64,000 nt of DNA from an uncultured Verrucomicrobiae bacterium (GTDB lineage: Bacteria > Verrucomicrobiota > Verrucomicrobiia > Limisphaerales > JAFGQR01), in NCBI GenBank assembly GCA_963788655.1, contig CAWBHS010000006.1, forward strand, positions 91,699 to 155,698, written 5' to 3'. This document shows, piece after piece, positions 10,966-21,068 of this stretch (the first letter of the stretch is position 1; every line of letters starts with the position of its first letter). The position numbers and the translations under genes were made by a program. The notes beneath the pieces were generated by a model, which worked only from the letters and a program-made list of their open reading frames with translations, was not told the DNA's origin and did no database searches.

Positions 10966-12504
10966 TTAATCAGCTTTGTAGGTCTGTTTGAATTCGGTAG
11001 CGGCAGCCTTGAGTTCCGCGGTCAGCGGTTCGCTGAGCACTTTCTCCTGCGCAATGCGCTGCACCAGGGCCGCCTTGCGATTCCCCAGGAACTCCGCCAG
11101 CTTGCTCTGCCAGTCTTTGATCTTCGCGACGGGCACATCGTCAAAAAAGCCGTTTTGGGCCGCCCACAGGATGGCCACTTGAATTTCGACCGGCACGGGA
11201 TGGTATTGCGGCTGTTTGAAAACTTCGACGATCCGCTTGCCGCGTTCGATCTTGCTTTGCGTGCCAGGATCCAGGTCGGAACCAAACTGGGCGAACGCCG
11301 CCAGTTCGCGGAACTGCGCGAGGTCGCCCTTGATGCGGCCGGCCACCTGTTTCATGGCCTTCACTTGCGCTGCGGAACCCACCCGGGAGACGGACAACCC
11401 GACCGAAATGGCGGGACGAACGCCTTGATAAAATAAATCCGTTTCCAGGTAAATCTGACCGTCGGTGATCGAAATCACGTTGGTAGGAATGTAGGCCGAA
11501 ACGTCGCCCAATTGGGTCTCGATGATGGGCAACGCGGTCAACGAACCGCCCCCTTCTTTTTCGCTCAACCGCGCCGAACGTTCCAACAGGCGGCTGTGCA
11601 AATAGAACACGTCGCCGGGGAACGCCTCCCGACCGGAAGGCCGTTTCAACACCAGGGAAACCTGGCGATACGCCACGGCATGCTTGGACAGGTCATCGTA
11701 AATGATCAGGGAGTCCATGCCATTGTCCCGGAACCATTCGCCCATGGCGCATCCCGCGAATGGCGCCAGGTATTGATTGGTGGCGGAGTCCGAAGCGGCG
11801 GCCACCACCACGATGGTGTACTCCAACGCCTTTTCCTTCTCCAACACGCTGATGACGCGGGCCACGTTGGACTGCTTCTGGCCGACCGCCACGTAAATGG
11901 AATATAGGGGACGGTAGTTCTGGTCGCCGGCTTCCACAGCCGCACGGTTCAGCCGGGCCTGATTGATGATCGTGTCGATGCCAATGGTCGTCTTGCCGGT
12001 GGAACGGTCGCCGATGATCAACTCGCGCTGGCCCCGGCCAATGGGAATCATGGCGTCGATGGCCATGATGCCGGACTGCACCGGCTGATTGACCGATTGC
12101 CGTTTGATGATGCCGGGCGCGATCTTCTCGACCGGATAGGAGGCTTCGGCATTCACTTCGCCTTTGCCATCCAGCGGTTGGCCCAGCACGTTCACGACGC
12201 GACCCAAGAGACCTTTGCCGACCGGTACTTGCAGAAGTTTGCCGGTGGTGCGGACTTCCTGGCCTTGTTTCACCGTGGTGTAATCGCCCAGGATGATGGC
12301 GCCAACTTCGGTGTCTTCGAGGTTGAGGGCCAGGCCGGTCACGCCGTTGCCGAAGTCGAGCATTTCATTCAGCATGGCCTCGGTAAGACCTTCCACTTTG
12401 GCGACGCCGTCGCTGATTTCGCGGACGACGCCGACGTTCTGTTTGGCGATGGAGGTTTTGACTCCCGCGATTTGGGCTTCGATTTCCTGTAACAGATTGC
12501 TCAT
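10966..12504 (-). CDS. atpA: ATP synthase F1 alpha
   Basis: [35 protein letters not shown]. Confidence 0.98.
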   Translation of the reverse strand: MSNLLQEIEAQIAGVKTSIAKQNVGVVREISDGVAKVEGLTEAMLNEMLDFGNGVTGLALNLEDTEVGAIILGDYTTVKQGQEVRTTGKLLQVPVGKGLLGRVVNVLGQPLDGKGEVNAEASYPVEKIAPGIIKRQSVNQPVQSGIMAIDAMIPIGRGQRELIIGDRSTGKTTIGIDTIINQARLNRAAVEAGDQNYRPLYSIYVAVGQKQSNVARVISVLEKEKALEYTIVVVAAASDSATNQYLAPFAGCAMGEWFRDNGMDSLIIYDDLSKHAVAYRQVSLVLKRPSGREAFPGDVFYLHSRLLERSARLSEKEGGGSLTALPIIETQLGDVSAYIPTNVISITDGQIYLETDLFYQGVRPAISVGLSVSRVGSAAQVKAMKQVAGRIKGDLAQFRELAAFAQFGSDLDPGTQSKIERGKRIVEVFKQPQYHPVPVEIQVAILWAAQNGFFDDVPVAKIKDWQSKLAEFLGNRKAALVQRIAQEKVLSEPLTAELKAAATEFKQTYKAD

Positions 12505-12572
12505 ACAGACTGATTGAGAGTTGAGGCGGAGCGTTGAGGGATTAGGGTTCGGAAACTCAACGGTGCCTCGGG

Positions 12573-12965
12573 CTAAAATTTGTCCTGCAACGCGGCCAAC
12601 CGGCCCTGGATGCTGCCATCGTAAACGTCACTGCCGACCTGGACCCGCATCCCGCCCAGCAACGCGGGATTCTGCGTGAACGCAAAGGTCAAAGCCGGGC
12701 CATACACTTGGGTTAGGTTTGCTTGCACCGCCGACTGCTCGGCCGGGGCGAGCGGAATCATGCTTTCAACATGGACCGAGCGGCGGGCCAAATCGAGCTT
12801 CACCAGCCGCTGGAAGTGCGACAGCGTGGCCAGATAGCCGCGCGGTTTGCGCGCGATGACCTGCTGCACCGCTTCGCGGACGCGGCCTTCGTCGAGCGCG
12901 CCGTTCGCCATACAGGCGCGCAACAGTTCTTTGGCTTGCCGCCGGGCTTGTTTGGTGATCTTCAT
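12573..12965 (-). CDS. atpH: ATP synthase delta (short form)
   Basis: [20 protein letters not shown]; between atpF and atpA. Confidence 0.9.
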   Translation of the reverse strand: MKITKQARRQAKELLRACMANGALDEGRVREAVQQVIARKPRGYLATLSHFQRLVKLDLARRSVHVESMIPLAPAEQSAVQANLTQVYGPALTFAFTQNPALLGGMRVQVGSDVYDGSIQGRLAALQDKF

Positions 12966-12999
12966 TCGTCGCGAATATCCAAAGGCAAAGTCACGGAGC

Positions 13000-13551
13000 T
13001 CAAGCCGCCAATCCTTGATTGGCTTCCTGGATCAGGCGCTGCTGGTCCTCCGGAGTCAACACTTTGCCGCTGACCTTGGCGGTGGTGGCCACGACCAATT
13101 GGCCAATCTCCCGTTTTAGTTCGCTCAGCATGCGTGCGTGATCCTGCACCGCGGTTTCGCGGGCGCGGGTGATAATCTGCTCCGCCTCGGCGATGGCGCG
13201 TTGGGTTTCCTGTTCCTGCACCCGCGCGGCGGCGGCATGGGCTTCTTCGATCAATTGGTTGGCCTGTTGATTGGCCTGGGCCAGCACTTCCTGGCGCGTG
13301 GCTTCGGTTTGGGCGAGTTCCAGTTTGATCTTGTCCGCGTTGGCCAGGCCCTCGGCAATGCGTTCCCGCCGTTCTTCGAGAACTTGCAGAATTGGCTTGT
13401 AGGCGAACCGGTATAGCAAGGCCGCCACGATCGAAAAGCTGATGACCTGCGCGATAAAATGCGGCCAGTCCACGCCGAACGTGGTGGCGGTACTTTTGGC
13501 GATGTCGGTCAGTTCACTGCCGATATCCGCGAAAAAAATCAAATGGCTCAT
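13000..13551 (-). CDS. atpF: ATP synthase Fo subunit b
   Basis: TM AQVISFSIVAALLYRFAYKPI + coiled coil. Confidence 0.92.
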   Translation of the reverse strand: MSHLIFFADIGSELTDIAKSTATTFGVDWPHFIAQVISFSIVAALLYRFAYKPILQVLEERRERIAEGLANADKIKLELAQTEATRQEVLAQANQQANQLIEEAHAAAARVQEQETQRAIAEAEQIITRARETAVQDHARMLSELKREIGQLVVATTAKVSGKVLTPEDQQRLIQEANQGLAA

Positions 13552-13615
13552 AGCGTAACTGAATTGGCGCGGGGCAAGGGAGGATGCGGAACCGTGAGGG
13601 CTCCGCACCGCCCAA

Positions 13616-13879
13616 TTACTTCACCAGGAAGATGGCATAGAACACGATGGCTTCGGCGAAGGCGATCGCCAAAATGGCTTGCACCAGGATTTTGGTCGCC
13701 GCGCCGGGATTGCGCCCAACGGCTTCGGAAGCTTTCATGCCAATGAACCCGACGCCGATGGCCCCGCCGAGCGCGGCCAGACCGACGTGCAGGTTGCCAG
13801 TCACTCCTACTGCTTTCGCCGCTTCGGTGACCGGTTGGGCCATGTCGGCGGCGGCGGCAAACATTGTAGGTATCCACAT
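13616..13879 (-). CDS. atpE: ATP synthase Fo subunit c
   Basis: GGAIGVG, GRNP loop, AFAEAI carboxylate. Confidence 0.95.
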   Translation of the reverse strand: MWIPTMFAAAADMAQPVTEAAKAVGVTGNLHVGLAALGGAIGVGFIGMKASEAVGRNPGAATKILVQAILAIAFAEAIVFYAIFLVK

Positions 13880-13959
13880 AATAGTTGTCCTTTCGTTGCT
13901 GTTCTCAGCGGCTCCCGCGATTGAACACGGTCAAACCGCCGAAAGAGTTAAAGTCAAAA

Positions 13960-14937
13960 TTAATGGGCTGTTTTCTCGTGTTCTTCATCGTGCATGCAGA
14001 TCAGCAAAGTGAACACCGCCGTTAGCAGCATGAACACCATGGCTTGGACAATCCCGACCAGCAGTTCCATAAAGTAAAAGGGAACGGGCAACAACATGCG
14101 GGACAGCGTGGCTGCCCAGGCTGGGTGTTGGACCATGTTGGCCATGGTTTCCAACATGTTCTCGCCGGCAAAGATGTTGCCATACAATCGGAAGCTCAGC
14201 GAAATGGGCCGGAACAGGATCGACAGGATTTCCAGGAAACCGACGAGGAAAAAAATGGCAATCATCAGCAGGCGAAGCACGCCGGTCGTGTCTCCCTTGG
14301 GGCCGAACAGATGAAGAAAGAAGCCTTTGACGCCGTTGGATTGCAACGCCCAGACGATCCACAGCGCAAAGAAGATCAGCGCCATCGCAAAGGTCATGTT
14401 CAAGTCGGCGTTGGCCCCGCGCAGATAGGGATCGATGACGTGGAAACCATGAGGGCCTTGCACCCCGTCGCCGATGGTCCCCACTCCCGGGATCAAGCCA
14501 AACCAGTTGCTGAAGAGAATGAAAATGAAGATCGTCGCAAAAAACCAAAAGGTCTTCTTGACCAGTTCCGGTCCGATGATGCCTTCGAGAAAGTTGTAGA
14601 GAATTTCCACCAGCCACTCCCAAAAGTTCTGCGCGCCGGAGGGAACTGCCTGAACCCGGCGCGTGGCAAACCGCGCAAAACCAATGAGCAGCACGGCCAC
14701 AATCCAGGTCGCGACCATCGAATTGCTGATAGGCAGCGGGCCGACGTGGGTCAGGTCGGGTGCGGCCTGCGGTACGCCATGATGCTCGCCGGCCGCGGGG
14801 GCAACGGCCGCCGGCCCCGCAACCGGTGGAGAAACGGCAGCGGAGGCATCGGCCCCCACACTCAAGCGGGCTGAACCAGCCATCAACAAGAGCAGGACTG
14901 CAATTGTCTTTAGTAAATGCATCAAATTTCTAACCAT
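13960..14937 (-). CDS. atpB: ATP synthase Fo subunit a
   Basis: NWFGLIP, SLSFRLYGNIFAGE, GIVQA; start may be 14922. Confidence 0.95.
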   Translation of the reverse strand: MVRNLMHLLKTIAVLLLLMAGSARLSVGADASAAVSPPVAGPAAVAPAAGEHHGVPQAAPDLTHVGPLPISNSMVATWIVAVLLIGFARFATRRVQAVPSGAQNFWEWLVEILYNFLEGIIGPELVKKTFWFFATIFIFILFSNWFGLIPGVGTIGDGVQGPHGFHVIDPYLRGANADLNMTFAMALIFFALWIVWALQSNGVKGFFLHLFGPKGDTTGVLRLLMIAIFFLVGFLEILSILFRPISLSFRLYGNIFAGENMLETMANMVQHPAWAATLSRMLLPVPFYFMELLVGIVQAMVFMLLTAVFTLLICMHDEEHEKTAH

Positions 14938-15218
14938 TATGAACGAGACCTGATAATCTCGCCGACGAGAAAAATCCGACGTTTTGCCGAAAGCGGCGCA
15001 AAAGTTGCCCAAGGATGAATCATTTCACAAGAAGTTTTTGAGTAAAAGTGAGCACCGCGAACCACCGGGGCCGAACATCCCTGGCAGAAGGGGTTTCCTC
15101 ACCGAAGTCGCCTATGCGGGGCCAGCGGTTTTCGCTGGACAGGAGGCGACCATTATTTCAAAACCGTCAGAGAATAAGATGGTCGCCGTCGGACCTCTGG
15201 TTATACTCAGGCACACGT

Positions 15219-16124
15219 ATGGTTACCGCTGACATACCAAACAAGTTTAAGCAGTTCGAGATTCCGGACCGGGTCACGATTCTGGAGGGCAACGGAGAAC
15301 TGCCGAAAATCGAAGCCGTCTCGGACTGGGGCACGGCGGAGATTTACTTTCAAGGGGCACACGTGACCGACTTCCACAAGCGGGGGGAGGCGCCCTTATT
15401 ATTTATCAGCCAATGCAGCCAGTTTGCTGGTGGCCATCCGATCCGGGGCGGCATTCCGGTGATCTTGCCCTGGTTCGGCGCGCGGGAAGGCGTGCCGACC
15501 CACGGTTTTGCCCGGGCCACCGAATGGGATTTGCACGAAGCCATTTCCCTGCCCGAAGGCGGCGTAAGCCTGCGCTTTGGTTTTCCCGAGACCGCTCTCA
15601 GCGCCACGTATCCACCCTTCAGTGCCAATTATGTGGTGACCGTGGCCAACGTCTTGAATCTGGAGTTGATCATTACCAACCTTTCCCGAGAACAGCCGCT
15701 GACGTTCGAAAACTGCCTCCATACCTATTTCAATGTCGGAGCCATTTCCGACGTGTCCATCGTCGGCCTGAACGGAGTCACCTACCTGGACAAAACCGAC
15801 AATTTCACCGCCAAGGAAGAGAAGGCGGAGGCCATCAAAATCGCCGCGGAAGTGGATCGCATCTACCTCGACACCACCGGAACCATCGAAGTTCTCGATG
15901 CCAAACTGGGCCGCAAAATCCGCATCGAAAAAAGTGGTTCGGCTTCGACCGTGTTGTGGAATCCCTGGGTGAACAAGTCCCAACAGATGCCGGATTTCGG
16001 CAACGACGAATATCAACGGATGGTGTGCGTGGAATCGGGCAACGTTGACAAAAACAAAATCACCCTGCCCCCCGGAAAATCCAACGTGATGAAAGTCACC
16101 TTGCGCAGCGAGCCGCTCACTTGA
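15219..16124 (+). CDS. D-hexose-6-phosphate mutarotase (aldose 1-epimerase family)
   Basis: IRGGIPV..PWF, HGFAR, LHTYF, VLWNPW, MVCVE. Confidence 0.9.
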   Translation: MVTADIPNKFKQFEIPDRVTILEGNGELPKIEAVSDWGTAEIYFQGAHVTDFHKRGEAPLLFISQCSQFAGGHPIRGGIPVILPWFGAREGVPTHGFARATEWDLHEAISLPEGGVSLRFGFPETALSATYPPFSANYVVTVANVLNLELIITNLSREQPLTFENCLHTYFNVGAISDVSIVGLNGVTYLDKTDNFTAKEEKAEAIKIAAEVDRIYLDTTGTIEVLDAKLGRKIRIEKSGSASTVLWNPWVNKSQQMPDFGNDEYQRMVCVESGNVDKNKITLPPGKSNVMKVTLRSEPLT

Positions 16125-16232
16125 ACGCGGTTGAAGAATTGAAGCGCAAAGCGTTGCAAGGGACGTGGAATGTCCGCGGCTAGGGGATATTCGTTGGGAC
16201 CAAGAATTTGCGATACGTGACTTATTCCTTCC

Positions 16233-17654
16233 ATGCCTGAAGCCGATTTATCCGGATTGAGCATCCTGATCGTCGAGGACGAATCATTACTGCGCAAACA
16301 ACTCGCGGCCGAGCTGGAGCGTTTGCGCGCCGATGTGACCGGCGTGGGCACGCTGGCCGCCGCCCGCCAATGGGCTGGTGAACAGGGATTTGATTTTATC
16401 TTGCTGGACGTGCATCTGCCGGACGGACAAGGCACCGATCTGCTCAAGGACAAGGTGTTCTCGCCCGCCGCCGGCGTCATTGTGATGACTGCACACGGCG
16501 ACGTCACCGGCGCCGTGGAAGCCATCCGGTTGGGGGCGTTGGATTACTTGGTGAAACCGCTGGAAGCCGGTGAACTGCCGCTGATTGTCGCCCGCGCGCG
16601 CCGCACCCGGCAATCGGCCCGGTTGGACGAACACCGCCGTCAGGACACCGCGCAAACCGGCGAGGATTTTTACTTCGGCACGTCCCTGGCCGAAATGCAG
16701 AAACAGTTGGCGAAGATCATTGCCGCGGACCAGCGCATGCAATCCCATTTGCCGCCCGTGCTGATCCAGGGTGATACCGGCACCGGCAAAACGACGATTG
16801 CCCGTTGGTTGCACAACCGGGGACCACGCGCCGCGCAACCGCTGGTGGAAATGAACTGTTCCGCCCTGCCGGAAACGTTGGCAGAATCCGAACTGTTCGG
16901 CCACGAACGCGGCGCCTTTACGGATGCCCGCGCCGCCCGCATGGGATTGTTCGAAGCGGCCAATGGCGGCACGTTGTTCCTGGATGAATTACCAAGCCTG
17001 GCTTCCGGGTTGCAGGCCAAGGTGCTGAAGACCCTGGAAGACCACCGTATTCGTCGCCTGGGCGGCACGCGGGAAATTCCCATTGACGTGCGGGTCATTG
17101 CCGCCACGCACCGCGATCTCAAACAACTCATGGCCGCGGGCCAGTTTCGCGAAGATCTGTATCACCGCCTGGACTTATACCGCGTGCATATCCCTCCGTT
17201 GCGCGACCGAGGCGACGACATCATCAAGCTGGCCGAAAACCTGGTCGGTCAATTGTGTCAGCGCCACCGGTTGCCCCGCAAACGCGTCACGGCCAACGGA
17301 CGACAGCGCTTGCTGGCCTATCCCTGGCCGGGGAATGTGCGTGAATTGTCGCACGAATTGGAACGGGCCATTGTCTTCGAGGAAAGCCAGCAATTGGACT
17401 TCGCACAGCTTCAATCCTCACCCGTCACACCGGCCACGTCGGTTCCTGCAATCGATCCCGATGATTGGTTCAATCCGGCGTTCCGCTTTCCATCGGAAGG
17501 TTTTGACCTCGAGGCCGCCATCGGGCGAATGATTCAACATGCCTTGAGTCAGACCAACGGAAATGTCTCCGCCGCCGCGCGATTGCTGGGGGTCACCCGC
17601 GATTACCTCCGCTACCGGCTCGCCGGCCAAAAACAGCCGCCCGCGGCGGACTGA
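16233..17654 (+). CDS. Sigma-54-dependent response regulator (NtrC family)
   Basis: REC, GDTGTGKT, ELFGHERGAFTDA, WPGNVREL, Fis HTH. Confidence 0.93.
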   Translation: MPEADLSGLSILIVEDESLLRKQLAAELERLRADVTGVGTLAAARQWAGEQGFDFILLDVHLPDGQGTDLLKDKVFSPAAGVIVMTAHGDVTGAVEAIRLGALDYLVKPLEAGELPLIVARARRTRQSARLDEHRRQDTAQTGEDFYFGTSLAEMQKQLAKIIAADQRMQSHLPPVLIQGDTGTGKTTIARWLHNRGPRAAQPLVEMNCSALPETLAESELFGHERGAFTDARAARMGLFEAANGGTLFLDELPSLASGLQAKVLKTLEDHRIRRLGGTREIPIDVRVIAATHRDLKQLMAAGQFREDLYHRLDLYRVHIPPLRDRGDDIIKLAENLVGQLCQRHRLPRKRVTANGRQRLLAYPWPGNVRELSHELERAIVFEESQQLDFAQLQSSPVTPATSVPAIDPDDWFNPAFRFPSEGFDLEAAIGRMIQHALSQTNGNVSAAARLLGVTRDYLRYRLAGQKQPPAAD

Positions 17655-17655
17655 C

Positions 17656-17772
17656 GGTAGGAAAGGCGGCCTGCCTGTCCCGGACGCTGCGAAACGTCTA
17701 ATTTCAAATTGCACTGCCAACTACCAATGGGGCCATCCTGGACCTTCGGGACAGCCGAGACGGCTGTCCTAC
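17656..17772. repeat. GTAG-type REP pair (family B)
   Basis: GGTAGGAAAGGCGGCCTGCCTGTCCC ... GGGACAGCCGAGACGGCTGTCCTAC. Confidence 0.75.
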
Positions 17773-18881
17773 TACAGGCTGTCCACGTACTTCTGCATGG
17801 CCTCTTCCTGTTTGATGATGGATTCCACCAGTTTGAACTGCGTGCGGCAGCGGTCGAGGTTGTGGTGCGGACGATGGACCCGGAAATACGTGTCTCCTTG
17901 GAGGTAGTCGGTCAAAAACCGGATGCCGATGGTGTAAGTGATCAGTTTGCCGGCAAACGCAATGAAGGATCTTTCCTTCTTCTTGAGAAACGGACTGGCG
18001 GCCTCGAGGTAACCGCGCGCAAGGGCCTTGAACATCGGCATTTGCATGCGGACCTGCGTCAGGTCCAATTCGTCCTCCGGCGTGGGGCTGGTCGTGGTGC
18101 GGACAATGTCGCCGAAATCGTAATGAACCAGGCCAGGCATCACGGTGTCCAAATCCACCACGGCCAGGGCGCGGCCGGTGGCATTGTCGAGCATCACGTT
18201 GTTGAACTTGGTGTCGTTGTGAGTGATCCGTTCCGGAATCTCGCCCTTCTTTAACGCGTTGAGAAGCACGTCCACAATCGGCTCCAGTTGCAACGCAAAA
18301 TCGATTTCCTTCTGCGCCTCTTGGGCCCGATTGCGACTGTCAGCCTTGATCGCGGCTTGCAGGGCGAGGAAACGTTTGCGCGTGTTGTGGAAGTCTGGAA
18401 TGGTCTCCGCCAGCCGTTTGCCGGGCAGATCGGCCAGGAGACATTGGAACTTGCCGAACGCGAAACCCGCCTCGTAAGCCTGTTCGGGCGACTGCACCGC
18501 TTCGTAGGTCTGGGCGTTTTCAATGAACACGAACGTCCGCCAGCACTCCCCGTCGCCATTGCAATAATAGGATTTGCCTTCGTGCGTGGGGATGATCACC
18601 AGGGCTTTGCGAGTAATGTCGCTTTCACTATTGGCGACCAGTTTCCGGCGCAAATGCTGCGTCACGCGGGTGACGTTGTCCATCACCTCCATGGGCTTGC
18701 GAAACACGGAGGTGTTGATGCGCTGGTGAATGTAGCGCACCGCGACGCCGCCCTGATTATAGGTGGCGGTGTAGGTTTCGTTGATATGCCCGATTTTGCA
18801 CGGCTCCGCGTGTTGAATCTCCCCGTAAATCTGGAACTGCTTCGAGACGTCCAGCAACCTCTCTTCTTTGTAAATAGCCAT
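17772..18881 (-). CDS. Aminoglycoside-phosphotransferase-fold kinase (N-acetylhexosamine 1-kinase-like)
   Basis: GHINETY, IPDFHNT, HNDTKFNN, DLDTVMPG, RFLTDYL.GD.YF. Confidence 0.85.
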   Translation of the reverse strand: MAIYKEERLLDVSKQFQIYGEIQHAEPCKIGHINETYTATYNQGGVAVRYIHQRINTSVFRKPMEVMDNVTRVTQHLRRKLVANSESDITRKALVIIPTHEGKSYYCNGDGECWRTFVFIENAQTYEAVQSPEQAYEAGFAFGKFQCLLADLPGKRLAETIPDFHNTRKRFLALQAAIKADSRNRAQEAQKEIDFALQLEPIVDVLLNALKKGEIPERITHNDTKFNNVMLDNATGRALAVVDLDTVMPGLVHYDFGDIVRTTTSPTPEDELDLTQVRMQMPMFKALARGYLEAASPFLKKKERSFIAFAGKLITYTIGIRFLTDYLQGDTYFRVHRPHHNLDRCRTQFKLVESIIKQEEAMQKYVDSL

Positions 18882-19030
18882 CGATCGGTTTTCCTCTGGT
18901 TGTGCGCTCTGATACTCTTTGTTCCTGGGGGAATTACCGTTTCCTGGCAGACCAAGTCTGCAAATGCCCCCGGAAGTTATTTTGGCAGAACTATAGTGAG
19001 CCCTGGCCAAACCTAAAGCAGATTTTTCGT

Positions 19031-19045
19031 TCAATGCACTTGCCA
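19031..19045 (-). promoter_or_regulatory. Candidate sigma-54 promoter for the kinase gene
   Basis: TGGCAAGTGCATTGA on the minus strand (two deviations from consensus, one at the -12 C). Confidence 0.3.
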
Positions 19046-19094
19046 CGCCGAGCATGCGCGGATGAGCAACATTTTCCATGCCGATTACCGGGCA

Positions 19095-20087
19095 TTAACT
19101 CCCCTGGCGCCGCCAAGCGCTGAGGATTTCATCGCACACCACGTCAAGCTGCGGCTTCAGGTTCTGCTGGTCCGGATGCGCCCGGAACCAGGCAACCGAT
19201 TCGCGCACGCCCACCCGAAACGGTTTGCGGCATTGGAAGCCGGGCACCAGTCGCTTGAGTTTTGAATTGTCAAAGACTCCTGGATGCGCCTTGTCGCCTT
19301 TCAATGGGCCAGTCATCTGCGAAGCCACGCCGCAAATAAACTCGGTGGGCACCTTCACAATGTCTGGCGATGACACGCCCAGAGCGGATGCGATCTCCGC
19401 ATAGATTTGGTTCCACGTGAGCACTTCATCGCTCGTGATATGAACGGCCTCTCCCAGGGCCTCAGTTTTACCGATCAGACCGCCCAATCCAGGGGCGAAG
19501 TCGCTTGAGGCCGTCAGCGTCCAAGGCGTCTCGCCATCATCGGGCATGAATACCGGTTTGCCCTGTTCCAGGCGCGCGGCAAAGGTGTAGCTTGAGCTGG
19601 ACAGTAGATTGGGAATCCAACGCTCCGAATACGTATGGGACGGACGGACAATCGTGACCGGAAAGCGCGTTTCCTGCCACTGCTGCCGCAACCATTCTTC
19701 GCACGCTACCTTCTTTTGCGCGTATTCCCAAAAGGCATTGCCCAGCGGCGCGTCCTCGGTCACGGGCAACTGCCGGGGCGGCTTGGCATAAACGGTGGCG
19801 GAGCTGATAAAAACATATTGTTGCACCCGGTTCCGGAACAACTCGCCATCAAGCTGCACGTCCTCCAACTCATAGCCCAGGAAATTGACCACCACGTCGG
19901 GCGAGACGTTCGCCAGGGCGGCGCGCATCATCGAGGGATTCTTCCGATCCGCTTGGATGGCCGTGTAAATGGAGGGCACGGCGCTCACGCCCCGGCTGAG
20001 CACCAGGATTTCGTGTCCCTGCTCGTAAAGCCAAGCCGCGCACGCCGCGGAGATGTTGCCGGTGCCGCCCAGGAAAAGGATCTTCAT
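19095..20087 (-). CDS. NAD-dependent epimerase/dehydratase (extended SDR)
   Basis: GGTGNIS, FISSATVY, YAQKK, RPSHTY. Confidence 0.88.
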   Translation of the reverse strand: MKILFLGGTGNISAACAAWLYEQGHEILVLSRGVSAVPSIYTAIQADRKNPSMMRAALANVSPDVVVNFLGYELEDVQLDGELFRNRVQQYVFISSATVYAKPPRQLPVTEDAPLGNAFWEYAQKKVACEEWLRQQWQETRFPVTIVRPSHTYSERWIPNLLSSSSYTFAARLEQGKPVFMPDDGETPWTLTASSDFAPGLGGLIGKTEALGEAVHITSDEVLTWNQIYAEIASALGVSSPDIVKVPTEFICGVASQMTGPLKGDKAHPGVFDNSKLKRLVPGFQCRKPFRVGVRESVAWFRAHPDQQNLKPQLDVVCDEILSAWRRQGS

Positions 20088-20168
20088 AAATCAAGAGGTT
20101 GGATCGTTTGTTTTGGTGCTTGTGCCGTGTTCCCTAATCCGCTTGGTGGCGAAGTTGCGGCTGACAGT

Positions 20169-20885
20169 TTACGTCCACCCTGTTCTTACCAAACAGATGA
20201 TGCTCGGCAAACAGCCAGCCATTTGCGCGCGGGCGGGGATAATCCCCGAAGGTGATGTGTTCCGCTGGTTTCGCATTCTCACTCGGAAGAAATAGAAGGC
20301 CACCGAACCCAGGATCAGCAGGATCACGCCGACGATAATGACCGCAGCCACCGTCCGCAGGGTTTTGGCCTGCCGATACATTTTTTCCCGCTGTTCCTTT
20401 TCAGCGGTCTTGAACAACTCAAATTCCTGGTCCAGCGACAGGGCGGCAGCCACGGGTTCGTCTTTCAACTTAAGGCACAGCCAAGGACGGTCGTCACCAG
20501 CGAACGCTTCCGGTAGCTTGGACCGCAGTTCGTCCCCGACGTCCAGAAATCCGTTGGCATGGTAGAAGGGCGTGGCCAACTGGGTCCAAACCCGGAACAA
20601 TCCGTGGTTCTTCATGATGATCTGCATCCGCTGCAGCAGATGATCCCGCATCGGGTCCGCTTCCTCCGGCAAGGCGAACGCTTCACTGTGCAAGCAGCCT
20701 TCCATCCCGACGATTTGCAATCCCAGCGTTCCCCGGAGGTCGCCGCCATTCGTTTCGACCACCTGGAATTCCTTGAACCGCTTGCTCAGGCTTTCGCTGG
20801 GCAGCCCCTCAGCTTCCCAAAGTGCCATCAGCTTGGGTAAATCTTCAATTGTCGCCCGGCGAACCTGCAGGTCCGGTGTTGTCAT
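20169..20885 (-). CDS. GNAT-like hypothetical protein with C-terminal TM helix
   Basis: VRRATIEDLPKL..., PFYHANGF; TM VAAVIIVGVILLILGSVAFYFF. Confidence 0.65.
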   Translation of the reverse strand: MTTPDLQVRRATIEDLPKLMALWEAEGLPSESLSKRFKEFQVVETNGGDLRGTLGLQIVGMEGCLHSEAFALPEEADPMRDHLLQRMQIIMKNHGLFRVWTQLATPFYHANGFLDVGDELRSKLPEAFAGDDRPWLCLKLKDEPVAAALSLDQEFELFKTAEKEQREKMYRQAKTLRTVAAVIIVGVILLILGSVAFYFFRVRMRNQRNTSPSGIIPARAQMAGCLPSIICLVRTGWT

Positions 20886-21068
20886 CGCCGCCATCATAAG
20901 GACCGGATAATTCTCGTAAAGCCTTACGTGCAATGCGGGGGCGCACACAACAAGGCCACTCGACCGTAACGGGTTCGATGTCGCCAAGCCGGGAGGGAAA
21001 GCGGTGCCCCATGACGAAAAAGATTGGCTAGCCGGTCGGTTCCGTGTTTCATCCCTGCCTGTTTGCTT

